This document shows, one piece after another, positions 36,426-48,859 of a stretch of 64,000 bases of DNA. Source of the DNA: an uncultured Anaerolineales bacterium (GTDB lineage Bacteria; Chloroflexota; Anaerolineae; UBA7937; JACPPX01); NCBI GenBank assembly GCA_964348195.1, contig CAYGBX010000001.1, forward strand, positions 15,148-79,147, given 5' to 3'. The position numbers and the translations under genes are program-made. The notes under the pieces are model-generated. The model was not told where the DNA came from and did not search any database. It saw only the letters and a program-made list of their open reading frames with translations. How positions within the stretch are numbered: the stretch's first letter is position 1; every line of letters begins with the position of its first letter.

Positions 36426-36794
36426 ATGGATGGGTATCGGTTCTACCGTGGCGGGACGGGTATGGTCTCTTGGGCCCTCCATCGTCTCACAGGCTTGGGC
36501 GTGGTGTTGTTCCTCTTCCTCCACATCCTGGACACCATGTTGGTGCTGCTGGGGCCACAGGCCTACGAGACCTTTATCGGAATCTACCGGCTTACCTTCA
36601 TGAGGGTCCTCGAAGTAGCCCTTGCCGCCGCCGTGCTCTACCACGCAGGAAACGGGGTGCGGATCACCGTCTACGATCTGTGGCCTCGGGCCACCCGCTA
36701 CGATCGCTACGTGTTCCTAGTGGGGCTGGTCATCTACCCCGTGATCGTCCTCCCGATGGCCTATCTGATGCTCCGAGAGGTCTTCTTCGTCTAG
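36426..36794 (+). CDS. sdhC: Succinate dehydrogenase cytochrome b subunit
   Basis: 122 aa, 3 TM helices, haem-ligand His in LHRLTGLGVVLFLFLHIL. Confidence 0.8.
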   Translation: MDGYRFYRGGTGMVSWALHRLTGLGVVLFLFLHILDTMLVLLGPQAYETFIGIYRLTFMRVLEVALAAAVLYHAGNGVRITVYDLWPRATRYDRYVFLVGLVIYPVIVLPMAYLMLREVFFV

Positions 36795-36805
36795 GATCGC
36801 TCCCC

Positions 36806-37183
36806 ATGGCCACTTATCCGTACGCACGACCGCGACCCTCCGATCCCCTAGAGCTCGCCGCCTGGCTGTTCATGAGGCTCTCTGGACTCCTTCTGGTGTT
36901 CCTGGCCCTAGGGCATCTCGCCATCGTGCATCTGATCAACAATGTGGATGTGATCAACTACGAGTTCGTAGCGGATCGTTGGTCGATTCCCTTCTGGCGC
37001 GTCTACGACATGGCGCTTCTGTGGCTCGCGCTGATCCACGGCCTTTTCGGACTCCGGATCGCGGGCAACGAATACCTTCGCAGCCCGCTCCTGCGCGGCC
37101 TGTTCAGTATTGGATTGGTGGCCTTCGCCGTCGTGTTCCTCGGTATCGGGACGGTGACCATCCTGGTATTCGAGCCCATATAG
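36806..37183 (+). CDS. sdhD: Succinate dehydrogenase hydrophobic membrane anchor subunit
   Basis: 125 aa starting MATYPYARPRPS. 3 TM helices. Embedded in the same reading frame as the 3' part of track ORF 36470-37183. Confidence 0.7.
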   Translation: MATYPYARPRPSDPLELAAWLFMRLSGLLLVFLALGHLAIVHLINNVDVINYEFVADRWSIPFWRVYDMALLWLALIHGLFGLRIAGNEYLRSPLLRGLFSIGLVAFAVVFLGIGTVTILVFEPI

Positions 37184-37196
37184 GCCAACCCCGTTC

Positions 37197-37886
37197 GTGC
37201 AGCGACTGGCGATCTTCGACGTGGACGGGACCCTCTACCAGGGAGCCCTGTGGCGAACCATCATCCGCTTCCACCGCCAGCGCGGCGCCCGCCGACCCTT
37301 TCTCTGGGGATTCTTCGCCGTCCATCTTCCCCTCTGGATCCTGAGCAGGCTGAGACTGGTTGACGAGGGCTGGTTCCGCGCCCGCTGGATGGAGGACCTT
37401 GCGGGGATCTTCCGCGGGCTGGAACGGGAAGAGTTGGGCGACCTGATCGAAGCCCTGCTGGATGGCCATGTCATTTCCCGGCTCCGCCGAGAGGTGGTTG
37501 CACGGCTGGAGGCCCATCGGCGCGCCGGTGAGCTAGTGATCCTGCTGTCCGGCGCATTCCAGCCGATCGTGGAGCAACTCGGAGATCGGCTGGGCGTCGA
37601 GCACGTGATCGGCACTCGGCTGCAGTTCTCACAAGGCGCCTGCACCGGCCGGATCATCCGTCCCTTCTGTGAGGGTCAGGAGAAGGTGCGGAGACTCCGG
37701 GCACTCCTCACCCAAATCCAAGCCACCGCCGACATGCCGCAGAGTTACGCCTACGCTGACAGCCCGTTCGACCTGCCTGTGCTCGAGCTTGTGGGTAATC
37801 CTGTAGTGGTAGGCTCGGATGAGCGGCTGCTGGCGGTCGCCCGGGACCGCGGTTGGCCCGTGGTCGACGCCGGAGGCAGGCCCTAG
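37197..37886 (+). CDS. HAD-IB family hydrolase (phosphoserine phosphatase-like)
   Basis: Motif I LAIFDVDGTLY, motif II LLSGAF, motif III/IV K...GNPVVVGSD. Confidence 0.75.
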   Translation: MQRLAIFDVDGTLYQGALWRTIIRFHRQRGARRPFLWGFFAVHLPLWILSRLRLVDEGWFRARWMEDLAGIFRGLEREELGDLIEALLDGHVISRLRREVVARLEAHRRAGELVILLSGAFQPIVEQLGDRLGVEHVIGTRLQFSQGACTGRIIRPFCEGQEKVRRLRALLTQIQATADMPQSYAYADSPFDLPVLELVGNPVVVGSDERLLAVARDRGWPVVDAGGRP

Positions 37887-37889
37887 CTG

Positions 37890-39626
<1,737 letters not shown>

Positions 39627-39639
39627 CGAAGCCGGAGGC

Positions 39640-39830
39640 GAAGTCAGAGAGCCCTAGTGAAGCCAAGGGCGGAGTTCGAGGCTGAACTAGAGAGCTGTAG
39701 GAAGCCGCAGGCAAAGACAGAGAGCCGTCCTCCTGCGCCGACAGGCGTAGAGAGCTGGAGGTGCAGCCGAGTAGAGAGCTGTGAGCGGAGGCGAGGCTAG
39801 AGAGCCTTGGGAGAGCCGCCCCTTCGGCAC
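39640..39830. repeat. Array of ~7 short direct repeats with core (T)AGAGAGC(C/T)G spaced 25-40 bp, inside the sdhA-sdhB intergenic region
   Basis: AGAGAGCC / TAGAGAGCTG / AGAGAGCCG / TAGAGAGCTG / TAGAGAGCTG / TAGAGAGCC, plus an inverted copy CTGCTCTCTGG. Variable 14-22-nt purine-rich segments between the cores. Confidence 0.6.
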
Positions 39831-39863
39831 GGCCGTCTGCTCTCTGGATCAAGTGAGACCAAG

Positions 39864-40901
39864 GTGCGAGTTCAGCTGAGAATCAAGCGCTTCAATCCCG
39901 AGCGGGACAGCCGCCCTCGGTGGCTCGAGTATGAGGTGGAGGCCGAGCCCACCGACCGGGTCCTGGATGCGCTTCACTCAGTGAAATGGTACCAGGATGG
40001 AACACTCACCCTGAGGAGGTCCTGCGCCCACGGCATCTGCGGTTCCGACGCGATGATGATCAACGGTCGCAACCAGCTCGCCTGCCAGGTCCTCATCCGG
40101 GACCTCTCGCAGCCCATCACCATCGAGCCCCTGCGCGGATTCCCGGTCATCACGGATCTGGTGGTGGACATGGACGGGTTCTTCCGCCAGTACCGATCGA
40201 TCACTCCCTACCTGGTGAACAACGATCCTCCTCCCGTCGGAGCCGAGCGGCTCCAGTCCCCCAAGGAACGGGCGAGGTTCGACGACACCACCAAGTGCAT
40301 CCTGTGTGCGGCCTGCACCACCTCGTGTCCCGTGTTCTGGTTCGATGGCAGCTACATAGGGCCAGCGGCCATCGTCCAGGCTCACCGCTTCACCTTCGAC
40401 AGTCGAGATCAGGCGCGGTCGGAGAGGCTTCGGGTTCTTGGTCAAGAGAACGGAGCCTTTCAGTGTCGCACCATATTCAACTGCACCGACGCTTGTCCTC
40501 GCGGGATCGAGGTGACGAAGGCCATCCAAGAGATCAAGCGCGAGATCCTACTGCATCCACCCATATCCAAGGAGTGGCTCATGACCACCATTCGCGAATC
40601 GCTCACCTTCGAGAAGCTCGTCGGGCTCGCCTCCCTGGGAGTGGCCGGCGTGCTCGGAGTGCTCTCGGCCTACTTTGTTGTGTTTCAGGTGGGGCTGGGC
40701 GGAACTCTCGATACCCTGCGCCAGCCAGACATTGGGACGCTCCTCGCCACTGTCCTGGAAAACCTCCTCGGAATCCTGGAGGCTCCGGACCTGGCTGGCG
40801 ACTTTGGAGCGGTTGTCTTCGTTCCTCTTATGCTTCCCTCGGCGCTTCTGGCTCTCGTTTTGGGGATCGTTATGCTTCGGTCCCCTCGCTCCCCAACGTA
40901 G
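39864..40901 (+). CDS. sdhB: Succinate dehydrogenase iron-sulfur subunit with ~100-aa C-terminal transmembrane extension
   Basis: GTG start giving MRVQLRIKRFNPERD. 2Fe-2S CAHGICGSDAMMING...C, 4Fe-4S CILCAACTTSCP and 3Fe-4S CRTIFNCTDACP. Extra tail with two hydrophobic helices (LVGLASLGVAGVLGVLSAYFVVF, AVVFVPLMLPSALLALVLGIVML). Track start is TTG 39807. Confidence 0.85.
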   Translation: MRVQLRIKRFNPERDSRPRWLEYEVEAEPTDRVLDALHSVKWYQDGTLTLRRSCAHGICGSDAMMINGRNQLACQVLIRDLSQPITIEPLRGFPVITDLVVDMDGFFRQYRSITPYLVNNDPPPVGAERLQSPKERARFDDTTKCILCAACTTSCPVFWFDGSYIGPAAIVQAHRFTFDSRDQARSERLRVLGQENGAFQCRTIFNCTDACPRGIEVTKAIQEIKREILLHPPISKEWLMTTIRESLTFEKLVGLASLGVAGVLGVLSAYFVVFQVGLGGTLDTLRQPDIGTLLATVLENLLGILEAPDLAGDFGAVVFVPLMLPSALLALVLGIVMLRSPRSPT

Positions 40902-40919
40902 CGAGGCGGGATCTGTCCC

Positions 40920-41471
40920 ATGGAACGGGAGGCGGCGCTCGCTCTCGTCCGAAAGCTGATCAAGAACGAGAACCTCGTGCGACACCACCTTGCCGTGGAA
41001 GCCGTGATGCGCAGGCTGGCCGCCGACCACGGGGGGGACTCCGAGATCTGGGGGCTTGTGGGTCTGCTCCACGATGCGGACTACGAGCTCACTGGGCACG
41101 ACCCGGAGACCCACGGAAGGGTCATGGCCGAGAAACTCCAGGAACGCGAGGTGGACCCTGTGGTCATTGAGGGCGTCATGGCCCACAACGCGGCCCTGGA
41201 CATACCCCGCGACACTCCGCTGAAAAAGGCGATCTACGCCTGCGATGAGTTGACTGGGTTGATCGTGGCCGCAGCACTGGTCCACCCGGAGAAGAAGCTG
41301 AGCGCGCTGGACGTGCCCTTCGTGATGCGGCGGTTCGGGGAGAAGGCGTTCGCCCGAGGGGCGGATCGAGATCAGATCAGGACGTGCATAGAACTGGGGT
41401 ACGAGCTCGAAGAGTTCGTAGGTGTCGCGTTGGAGGCGATGCAGGGCATCTCAGAGAATCTCGGCCTCTAG
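40920..41471 (+). CDS. HD/HDIG-domain phosphohydrolase
   Basis: HHLAVEAVMRRLA...LLHDADYE H...HD motif. 183 aa. Confidence 0.75.
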   Translation: MEREAALALVRKLIKNENLVRHHLAVEAVMRRLAADHGGDSEIWGLVGLLHDADYELTGHDPETHGRVMAEKLQEREVDPVVIEGVMAHNAALDIPRDTPLKKAIYACDELTGLIVAAALVHPEKKLSALDVPFVMRRFGEKAFARGADRDQIRTCIELGYELEEFVGVALEAMQGISENLGL

Positions 41472-41560
41472 ATGCAGGCGATGCGCCGCCTCTCCGGGCG
41501 GCACCCTTCGTATCCTCTGAATAGTCTGACAAGCCGCGGCGAACGCTGCGGAGAGCCCTA

Positions 41561-43024
41561 CTAACCTTTCACAACGCCGATCGGGCGGAGCCGCGCCACC
41601 TTGATGGCAATCCCCGCCTCACTCACGACGTCGACAACCCTACGAACGTCCTTGTAGGCAATCGGGGCCTCCTCAGCAAGGCCCGCCATGCTGCCGGCCC
41701 TGACCACGATGCCCCGGGCCTCCAGCTCCTTCCTGAGGTCCTCGCCCCACACCGTCTTCTTTGCCTTGGTCCGACTCATGGTCCTTCCCGCGCCGTGGCA
41801 AGTGGAGCCGAAGCTCTTCGCCATCGCCTCCTCCGTGCCAGCCAGGACGAAGGAGAAGGTCCCCATGCTGCCGGGAACAAGCACGGGCTGGCCAATAGGC
41901 CGGTACTCCTCGGGGAGCCCCTGGAATCCGGGTCCGAAGGCGCGGGTGGCGCCTTTGCGGTGAACGACAACCTCCTTAGGGCTACCGTCGATCTGGTGAG
42001 TCTCAATCTTCCCGATATTGTGGGCGATGTCGTAGACCGACCGCAGCTCCCAGTGGGGATGGTGAGGACCCACCGTCTCTTCGAAGGCTTGGCGGACCCA
42101 GTGGGAGATTGTCATCCGATTGACGAACGCGAAGTTGGCCGCCGCCGCCATCCCACGGAAGTAGCTCTGCCCCTCCGGCGAATCCCAAGGGACGCAGACC
42201 AGCTCGCGGTCGGGCAGCTCGATCCCATACTTCCGGACGGCGCCCTGCATGTTTCGGACATAGTCGGTGCACACCTGGTGGCCGTACCCTCGGGATCCAC
42301 AGTGGATCTGCACTGCGACGTTTCCCAGAGCCAATCCGAAGACCCGTGCCGCCTCCTCGTCGTAGATCTCGTCGATCTCATCCACCTCGAGGAAGTGGTT
42401 CCCCGAGCCTAAGGATCCCACCTGCTTACGGCCCCGCTCCTTGGCCCTTTGGCTGACCTTGGAGGGATCGGCGCCATCGATCCGGCCGAACTCCTCCGTG
42501 CGGCGGAGATCTTCCTTCGTTCCATACCCTTTGGCCACAGCCCACTCGGCACCCCGCACCGAGAGCTCGTCCAGCTCCTTGATGGAGACTTTGACGCCGC
42601 CAGCCCCCAACCCAGAGGGCACGCGACTGTATAGGGCCGGGACCAGGGCGCCGAGGTGGGGGCGGACTTCGTCGACAGTCAGGTTGGAGGCCATCATTCG
42701 GACTCCGCAGTTGATGTCATAGCCGATGCCACCGGGGGAGATGACCCCTTTCGGAAGCTCGGTGGCGACCACCCCACCGATCGGAAAGCCATACCCTTGG
42801 TGAATGTCCGGCATAGCCAGGGCGTAGCTCACGATTCCAGGAAGAGTCGCAGTGTTGACGAGTTGCTCAATCGATCGATCTCCCAGCGTAGCCTCCAAGA
42901 TCTCTTCATCGGCATAGATCCTGGCAGGTACGCGCATGTCCGAGCGATAGGATCGGCCGATCTCGTATAGGTGGCGACCCACCTTCTGGAAGTCGCTGCG
43001 CTTGATCATACGATCCCCCTTCAC
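41561..43024 (-). CDS. rtcB: RNA-splicing ligase RtcB
   Basis: 487 aa. [38 protein letters not shown]. Family-typical metal-binding motifs. Confidence 0.95.
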   Translation of the reverse strand: MKGDRMIKRSDFQKVGRHLYEIGRSYRSDMRVPARIYADEEILEATLGDRSIEQLVNTATLPGIVSYALAMPDIHQGYGFPIGGVVATELPKGVISPGGIGYDINCGVRMMASNLTVDEVRPHLGALVPALYSRVPSGLGAGGVKVSIKELDELSVRGAEWAVAKGYGTKEDLRRTEEFGRIDGADPSKVSQRAKERGRKQVGSLGSGNHFLEVDEIDEIYDEEAARVFGLALGNVAVQIHCGSRGYGHQVCTDYVRNMQGAVRKYGIELPDRELVCVPWDSPEGQSYFRGMAAAANFAFVNRMTISHWVRQAFEETVGPHHPHWELRSVYDIAHNIGKIETHQIDGSPKEVVVHRKGATRAFGPGFQGLPEEYRPIGQPVLVPGSMGTFSFVLAGTEEAMAKSFGSTCHGAGRTMSRTKAKKTVWGEDLRKELEARGIVVRAGSMAGLAEEAPIAYKDVRRVVDVVSEAGIAIKVARLRPIGVVKG

Positions 43025-43047
43025 CCCGGGCCTCCCAGCTAGCGCGA

Positions 43048-43533
43048 TTATATGTCGAACACGACGGAGGCCTCAAAACCCCCGTCCCGCGTGACAACCT
43101 CCAGCCCATGGTAGGTCACGGCCTTGATGAATCGCCGCAGCGGAACGAGTGGCTTTCCACCTCGGACCCGCGCAGAAAGCCGCAGCTCCTCTGTCGTGCG
43201 CACCTCGAACTCTCGGTACAGTTCGCCTTCCATCTCGTGGAGGAAGAGGAGCTCGGAAAGCCAGTCCACAACCAGCGTTTCTCGATCCCCGGCCTCAAGC
43301 GTCACCGATCGCTCGGCCTCCAGGGGTACCTTGAGGAGCTCGTCAGACATCAGATGGAACATCGCATATGCCGCGTTCACGAGGAGAGCGGACAGGGTCT
43401 CGCCCCATACCCGAACCGCAACGTCGGCTGTGTGCTCCAACTCCTGGAAGCGCGGTTCCTCTCCGCTCAGGCAGATCCTCCCCTGCCAGACGCTCGAAGC
43501 GGCGTCAGGCGGCTCGTCCAGCCTTCCACCCAA
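43048..43533 (-). CDS. Archease (RtcB cofactor)
   Basis: [16 protein letters not shown]...HGLEVV...ASVVFDI. The start is uncertain. The track ORF overlaps ribF by 67 nt, and an internal start near 43473 is more likely. Confidence 0.75.
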   Translation of the reverse strand: MGGRLDEPPDAASSVWQGRICLSGEEPRFQELEHTADVAVRVWGETLSALLVNAAYAMFHLMSDELLKVPLEAERSVTLEAGDRETLVVDWLSELLFLHEMEGELYREFEVRTTEELRLSARVRGGKPLVPLRRFIKAVTYHGLEVVTRDGGFEASVVFDI

Positions 43534-44399
43534 GCCTCTCCCGGGGAGAGAGGCTCCATCTCGAGCCTGTGTTCCAGAGTCACGACCAGGGGTGTCGGCC
43601 AGGACGCGGCGGAATCGCCCGCCCGCTTCGGATCGATTGTCCCCACCTCGACCCCTCGGTCGCGGACCTGGACTAGAGCACCCTCGTTGCCCTCGATCTT
43701 GCCGACGTAGACTCCGTCGGCCGGCAGCAGCAGCAACCGGTCCACATCCAGGGTGAGCACGTGGCCACCCTCGGCAAGCGATCGCTCGGCGCGCACGTAG
43801 CCCTCGACCGTCGGTGGTCGCGCTAGCAGGCGACCCGCCTCCTGAACCCGGCCTGCGGCCATCAGGGAGCGCACGCGACTGCTCTTGACAGGCTCTCCAT
43901 CAAGCAACAACGGCTCCACCACCCGGAAGTGGAACCCCTGATCGCGCCCCAGCCGGGCCAGAAACACCGGGTCGCCCTGGCGCTGGTGGCCTAGAGCGAA
44001 GTCGGGCCCCACTACGAGAGCCTCCATCTTGAGGTGGCGTCTGAGAGTAGACACGAACCCCTCGGCGCTGGTGATCGCAGTCTGGGGAGAAAAGCGGTGG
44101 ACGACCGTGAAATCCAGTCCAAGTGTGGCGAGGAGGCGCAATCGCTCCCGGAGGCTAGCCAGGAGTCCAAGTGGAACGTCCGGCTTCAGAACCTGGAGTG
44201 GGTGGGGATCGAGAGTCACAACTCCTGCCCGCAGGTCGAGCCTCCGGGATTCAGCGATCACCTCACCGACAAGGTGGCGATGCCCAAGGTGGACACCGTC
44301 GAAGACTCCAATGGCGATCGCCGTTCCGCGATCGAGATGGGCATCTTGTGCTCCTCGGATCACCTTCATCTGGACACGAACACCTTGGTCGGACGCCAC
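43467..44399 (-). CDS. ribF: Bifunctional riboflavin kinase / FMN adenylyltransferase
   Basis: IGVFDGVHLGHRHLV (HxGH), C-terminal riboflavin kinase domain. Confidence 0.9.
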   Translation of the reverse strand: MASDQGVRVQMKVIRGAQDAHLDRGTAIAIGVFDGVHLGHRHLVGEVIAESRRLDLRAGVVTLDPHPLQVLKPDVPLGLLASLRERLRLLATLGLDFTVVHRFSPQTAITSAEGFVSTLRRHLKMEALVVGPDFALGHQRQGDPVFLARLGRDQGFHFRVVEPLLLDGEPVKSSRVRSLMAAGRVQEAGRLLARPPTVEGYVRAERSLAEGGHVLTLDVDRLLLLPADGVYVGKIEGNEGALVQVRDRGVEVGTIDPKRAGDSAASWPTPLVVTLEHRLEMEPLSPGEAWVEGWTSRLTPLRASGRGGSA

Positions 44400-45328
44400 A
44401 TCTCGGAGTGTGCCTCATACGAGGCGAGTGCCAAGAAGCGGCCAGTGCCATCGTACACTCGCACGTCTCCACCCCCATCGGGTTTCGCATCCACGCCCTG
44501 TCCCTGAGTCAGCCGCTGGGCTGAGCCATCATCCAAAACAAGCGGCTTCAGATGGAGGAAGGCCTCATCCATCGGATGCGCGACGTCGGCCCAGCGATGC
44601 GATTCCAGGGCAGATTCCACCTCCTCCAGCGGCAGGGCGTCTTCCTCGCCGAAGCGGCCGCTGGCCAGGCGTCGCAGCGAGGTCAGATGTCCTCCGGACT
44701 CCAGCGCGTCTCCGAGATCCCGCGCCAGGGCACGGACATAGGTGCCGGCGGAGCACCTGACTTCCAGGATCAGATCGGGCCGGGTCCAATCCAATAGCTC
44801 TAGTCGGTATATTGTCACGGGGCGCGCGGACGGGCGAACCACCTCCCCGCGTCGGGCCCTCTCATAGTCGCGGACCCCTCCCCGCCGGATGGCCGCGAAG
44901 ACCGGAGGTACCTGCGAGATAGTCCCTCGAAACCGGTCCATGGCGCTCTCAATCGCTTCCGGCTCCAGATCGGGAACCGGACGCTCAGCAATCACCCGGC
45001 CGTCCCCATCGTCCGTGTCAGTCGCGATCCCAAGCCGCACTTGCGCCCGATAGGTCTTGTCCGAGCCAGCGAGGTAGGGACTGACACGCGTCCCTCGACC
45101 GTACAGCACCACGAGCACCCCCGTCGCCAGGGGGTCCAGGGTTCCCGCGTGCCCCACCCGCCGCATGCCCGAGGCACGGCGAACCCGATCCACAATGTCG
45201 TGAGAGGTAGGACCGCTCGGCTTGTCGAGGACCAGGATTCCCCCGTCGGCAAGGTCGCTGTGGTGGGGAGCGTCAATTCCACAGAGCCGGCAGGTAGAGC
45301 GGAGAACCGGCTCCGCGGCTGCCTTCAT
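44366..45328 (-). CDS. truB: tRNA pseudouridine(55) synthase
   Basis: GILVLDKPSGPTSHD, catalytic Asp in HAGTLDPLATGVLVV, C-terminal PUA. Confidence 0.9.
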   Translation of the reverse strand: MKAAAEPVLRSTCRLCGIDAPHHSDLADGGILVLDKPSGPTSHDIVDRVRRASGMRRVGHAGTLDPLATGVLVVLYGRGTRVSPYLAGSDKTYRAQVRLGIATDTDDGDGRVIAERPVPDLEPEAIESAMDRFRGTISQVPPVFAAIRRGGVRDYERARRGEVVRPSARPVTIYRLELLDWTRPDLILEVRCSAGTYVRALARDLGDALESGGHLTSLRRLASGRFGEEDALPLEEVESALESHRWADVAHPMDEAFLHLKPLVLDDGSAQRLTQGQGVDAKPDGGGDVRVYDGTGRFLALASYEAHSEMWRPTKVFVSR

Positions 45329-46344
45329 GGAGAGGCGTGCTGCTTCTCAGGTACTCGCAGCTGCTCTCGCGCGGCCGCCAGGACCCGGGCCTCTGCATCA
45401 GCCAATCCTCCCTGAAGCTCAAATCCCGCTGCCTGTGGGTGGCCTCCCCCACCGAACTCGCGGGCCAGCGCAGCTGCGTCGAGGCCGGAGCGGGTCCGAA
45501 CACTTACATCTATGGCACCGTTCGCTCGTTCGGTGAAGAGCAGTGCCAACTGGGCTCGGTCCAGAGTGGCCAAGAGGTTTACCGCGCCCTCAGCCTCCAC
45601 TTCGGACGCGCCACAGGCGGCCCTCATCTCTGCGGTATTGGCCGCCCACACCAGCTCGCCGTCGGCTTGCGCCTGACCGAGGATCAGGCCCCAGAGCCTG
45701 AGTTTGGCCAGCGAGTTGCGTCCGTACACTTGCTCTGAGATCTCCGGAAGCGAGGCTCCTGCCGCAGCAAGCCGGGAAGCGATCTCTAGGACTCGAGGGG
45801 AAGTGTTTGGAGTGCGGAAGCCGCGGGTATCGGTGAACAGTCCGGTCATGAGACAGGTGGCCAGCCCCGGCCCGAGCGACACCCCCAGCGGATCCAGGAG
45901 GTCGAACAAGATCTCTGCCGTGGCAGCGGCCTCGGAACGCACCACGTTGGCGGTCCCAAATCGAGCATTGGTGACATGGTGGTCAATGTTCACGATCGCC
46001 ACCCCGGCCTCCGCGACCGCTTCACCCACCGCACCGAAGCGACTGAGAGGACTGTTGTCCAACGCGACCACGAGATCCTCTCCGGCGAGGCCCTGGGATC
46101 GGATCTCTTCCGCGCCGGAGAGGAAGGAGAACTGTTTTGGGATCGGATCCGGACTTGAAATGCGCGGCTCCTTGCCAAGCGCACGCAGAATCTGAGCCAT
46201 TGCCAGGGCAGAACCGATGGCGTCACCGTCGGGCGCGACGTGCACAAGGATCAGAGCCCGACGGCATCCCCGAAGGAGCTGAATCGCATCCTCGAGATCG
46301 GACCGCGTCTCCGGTGATGCGACCTCCCGCCCCGAGAGATTCAC
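45325..46344 (-). CDS. nrnA: DHH-family phosphoesterase (NrnA-like oligoribonuclease / pAp phosphatase)
   Basis: DHH motifs: HVAPDGDAIGS, NIDHHVTN, GGGH in DHHA1 (FGGGGHPQAAG). Confidence 0.8.
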   Translation of the reverse strand: MNLSGREVASPETRSDLEDAIQLLRGCRRALILVHVAPDGDAIGSALAMAQILRALGKEPRISSPDPIPKQFSFLSGAEEIRSQGLAGEDLVVALDNSPLSRFGAVGEAVAEAGVAIVNIDHHVTNARFGTANVVRSEAAATAEILFDLLDPLGVSLGPGLATCLMTGLFTDTRGFRTPNTSPRVLEIASRLAAAGASLPEISEQVYGRNSLAKLRLWGLILGQAQADGELVWAANTAEMRAACGASEVEAEGAVNLLATLDRAQLALLFTERANGAIDVSVRTRSGLDAAALAREFGGGGHPQAAGFELQGGLADAEARVLAAAREQLRVPEKQHASP

Positions 46345-46694
46345 GGTTCCTCCCCCAGATCCTCGATAAGGTCGATGATCCTCTGGCCTCGCTCCATGGA
46401 GTCGTCACGGCGGAAGATCATCTCGGGTACGAACCGCAGGGAGAGTCTGCGAGCCAGTTCGCGTCGAAAATACCCGGCGGCAGCCCGGATGGCCACCGCC
46501 GCTACCTCCCGCTCCTCTTGGCTGCCCAAGGTGCTGATGTATATCTCAGCGCGACGCAGGTCGGGACTCATCCTGACCTGCGTGATTGTGACATCGGCCA
46601 GCCGGGGGTCTTGCACCTCCCTCTGGAGGAGAGCGCTCAGCTCATCTTGAATCTGCTCACCCACCCTCCGCTGGCGACGGCTGGGTCTAGGCAT
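46341..46694 (-). CDS. rbfA: Ribosome-binding factor A
   Basis: 117 aa. RRVGEQIQDELSALLQREVQDPRL...VTITQVRMSPDLRRAEIYIS. Confidence 0.9.
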   Translation of the reverse strand: MPRPSRRQRRVGEQIQDELSALLQREVQDPRLADVTITQVRMSPDLRRAEIYISTLGSQEEREVAAVAIRAAAGYFRRELARRLSLRFVPEMIFRRDDSMERGQRIIDLIEDLGEEP

Positions 46695-46709
46695 CCCCTT
46701 CGGAGAAGA

Positions 46710-48518
46710 TCAGCGGACCCTCTCCCGTTTCAGGATCTCGACAATGTCCCCTTCCTCGAAGTCCTGAAACCCATCGAGTCCGATGCCGCACTCGAAGCCT
46801 TCTGTGACCTCCTGAACCTTCTCCTGGAAACGCCTGACGGAGGCAACCTTGCCTTTCCAGATCTCGTCGCTTCCGCGGAGAAGCCTCGCGCGGGAGTCGC
46901 GTCGGACAGTGCCCTCTAGGACCATCACGCCCGCCACCTTTCCGCGCTTGCTGGCATCAAAGACAGCCCTCACTTCGGCCCTTCCCACGGGAACGTCTTC
47001 GTAGACCGGTTCCAACATCCCCTCGAGGGACTTCTCCACGTCCTCGATCAGCCGATAGATGGTCTGGTAGGTTCGGATGTCCACCCCTTCCGCCTCGGCC
47101 CTCGAGCGCGCCACCCGGCCGGCCTGAACGTTGAATCCGATAATCACCGCCTCGGAAGCGACAGCCAACTCCACGTCAGACTCCGAGATCTCGCCCGTCG
47201 CCTCGTGGATGATCCTGACCCTGAGATTCCCGTCCCCCAGCGCCTCCAGAGCCTGGTGCGCCGCCTCCACCGAGCCCTGAACGTCGGCCTTGAGGATGAG
47301 TCCCAGCTCCTTGACCTGTCCCGCCTCAATCTGGGCGTAGAGATCCTCCAGGCTAACCCGCGGCGCTGGCCGCTCCACTGCAGCCTTCTCCGCGGCCCTC
47401 GCGGCGGCTAGAGAACGAGCGGTCTTCTCATCGACCACTGCCTCGAACATCTCTCCTGCGAGGGGAACCTCCGGCATGCCGAGGACCAAGACTGGAGTCG
47501 AAGGAGATGCGACCTCAACACGCTTCCCACGAGGATCAAACATGGCTCGCACGCGACCGTGAATGTCGTCGATCACCAAGTGGTCCCCAACCTTGAGCGT
47601 TCCGGCCTGGACGAGCAGTGTCGCGAGCGGGCCCCGGGTCCGATCCAGTTGCCCCTCCACCACTGCCCCAATTGCAGGACGGTTCGGGTTGGCTTTCAGC
47701 TCTGAGATATCGGCCACCAGGAGAATCATCTCCAGCAGCTGATCGATCCCCGTCTTCTCCCGGGCAGAAACCTCGACCATGATCACGGCACCGCCCTGTT
47801 CCTCAGCCACCAGTCCAAGTTCGGCGAGTTGCTGCCTGACGCGCGCCGCGTCCGCCGTCTTGAGGTCCATCTTGTTGATGGCCACTATGATGGGAACGTT
47901 GGCGGCCCGAGCGTGATCGATGGCCTCCTTGGTCTGCGGCATCACCCCGTCGTCTCCTGCGACCACCAGGACGGCGATGTCGGTGACCTGGGCTCCGCGC
48001 GCTCTCATGGCCGTGAAGGCCTCGTGTCCGGGTGTGTCGATGAAGGTGATGACGCGTCCGTCCTGCTCGACCTGATAGGCGCCAATGTGCTGGGTAATGC
48101 CTCCCACCTCAGTCTCGACCACATTCGCTTCTCGGATGACATCCAAAAGCGAGGTCTTCCCATGGTCGACGTGGCCCATCACCGTGATGACGGGAGCCCG
48201 GGGCGCGAGGTCTTCGGGGGCCTCTTCCGCGTGTAGCGGCTTCACAGGGACCTCCGACGGGGGAGCGACAGGCTCAGGAGCTGACTCGACGGGAGGAGTG
48301 GGCTCCACCTCCCTCGGCTCATAGCCGAGATCGGTGGCCACGACGGCGGCGGTGTCATAGTCTATGGTCTGGTTGATGTTGGCCATTATGCCGTCGCTGA
48401 TCAGTTCCTTTATGACATCCACCGGACTCACCTCCAGCAGCTCCGCCAACTGGCGGACCGTGATGAGCCCGGGGATAGTGACCGCCCTACGCTCTTCTAC
48501 CTTCGGATCCTCATTCAA
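46710..48518 (-). CDS. infB: Translation initiation factor IF-2
   Basis: 602 aa. G-domain [27 protein letters not shown]-terminal beta-barrels. Confidence 0.95.
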   Translation of the reverse strand: MNEDPKVEERRAVTIPGLITVRQLAELLEVSPVDVIKELISDGIMANINQTIDYDTAAVVATDLGYEPREVEPTPPVESAPEPVAPPSEVPVKPLHAEEAPEDLAPRAPVITVMGHVDHGKTSLLDVIREANVVETEVGGITQHIGAYQVEQDGRVITFIDTPGHEAFTAMRARGAQVTDIAVLVVAGDDGVMPQTKEAIDHARAANVPIIVAINKMDLKTADAARVRQQLAELGLVAEEQGGAVIMVEVSAREKTGIDQLLEMILLVADISELKANPNRPAIGAVVEGQLDRTRGPLATLLVQAGTLKVGDHLVIDDIHGRVRAMFDPRGKRVEVASPSTPVLVLGMPEVPLAGEMFEAVVDEKTARSLAAARAAEKAAVERPAPRVSLEDLYAQIEAGQVKELGLILKADVQGSVEAAHQALEALGDGNLRVRIIHEATGEISESDVELAVASEAVIIGFNVQAGRVARSRAEAEGVDIRTYQTIYRLIEDVEKSLEGMLEPVYEDVPVGRAEVRAVFDASKRGKVAGVMVLEGTVRRDSRARLLRGSDEIWKGKVASVRRFQEKVQEVTEGFECGIGLDGFQDFEEGDIVEILKRERVR

Positions 48519-48529
48519 GACCTGTTCCC

Positions 48530-48856
48530 CTACCTAGCCTCCGACGGGGGGGCAACCCGAGAGGGCTGCGGCGCTGCGGCAGCGGGCACCTGGGCCAGAA
48601 CGGTGCCGCGCGCCTTGTCGTCGAGGGGGATCCGGAGGGCATGGTCCAACCGCCGCTCCGCTACCGCCCGCACCCAGCAGTCGGGATCATCGCACAGGTA
48701 GGCGCCCCGGCCGCCTCCCTTCCCTGTGGGATCGACCGCAACGCGCCCATCGCTGAGACGCATCACGCGGGTAAGCGCTCTCTTTGGTCGTGTGCGCCTG
48801 CAGGAAACACAGGTTCGCTGAGGAAGACGACGCCGGTGCGGAGGCCGTCGGGCCAC
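48530..48856 (-). CDS. ylxR: YlxR/DUF448 family RNA-binding protein (nusA-infB operon)
   Basis: RTCVSCRRTRPKRALTRV...GRGAYLC. Conserved position between nusA and infB. Confidence 0.75.
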   Translation of the reverse strand: MARRPPHRRRLPQRTCVSCRRTRPKRALTRVMRLSDGRVAVDPTGKGGGRGAYLCDDPDCWVRAVAERRLDHALRIPLDDKARGTVLAQVPAAAAPQPSRVAPPSEAR

Positions 48857-48859
48857 GCT

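Noticed and set aside
36470-37183. Track ORF of 237 aa spanning sdhC and sdhD
   Set aside because: Its 5' half is an off-frame read-through across sdhC. Only the 3' part from ATG 36806 (MATYPYA…) is the real sdhD.
41472-41560. GCCGCC-N6-GGCGGC hairpin between HD-hydrolase and rtcB genes as terminator or small RNA
   Set aside because: The stem is short, there is no U-tract on either strand, and there is no further support. Left unannotated.
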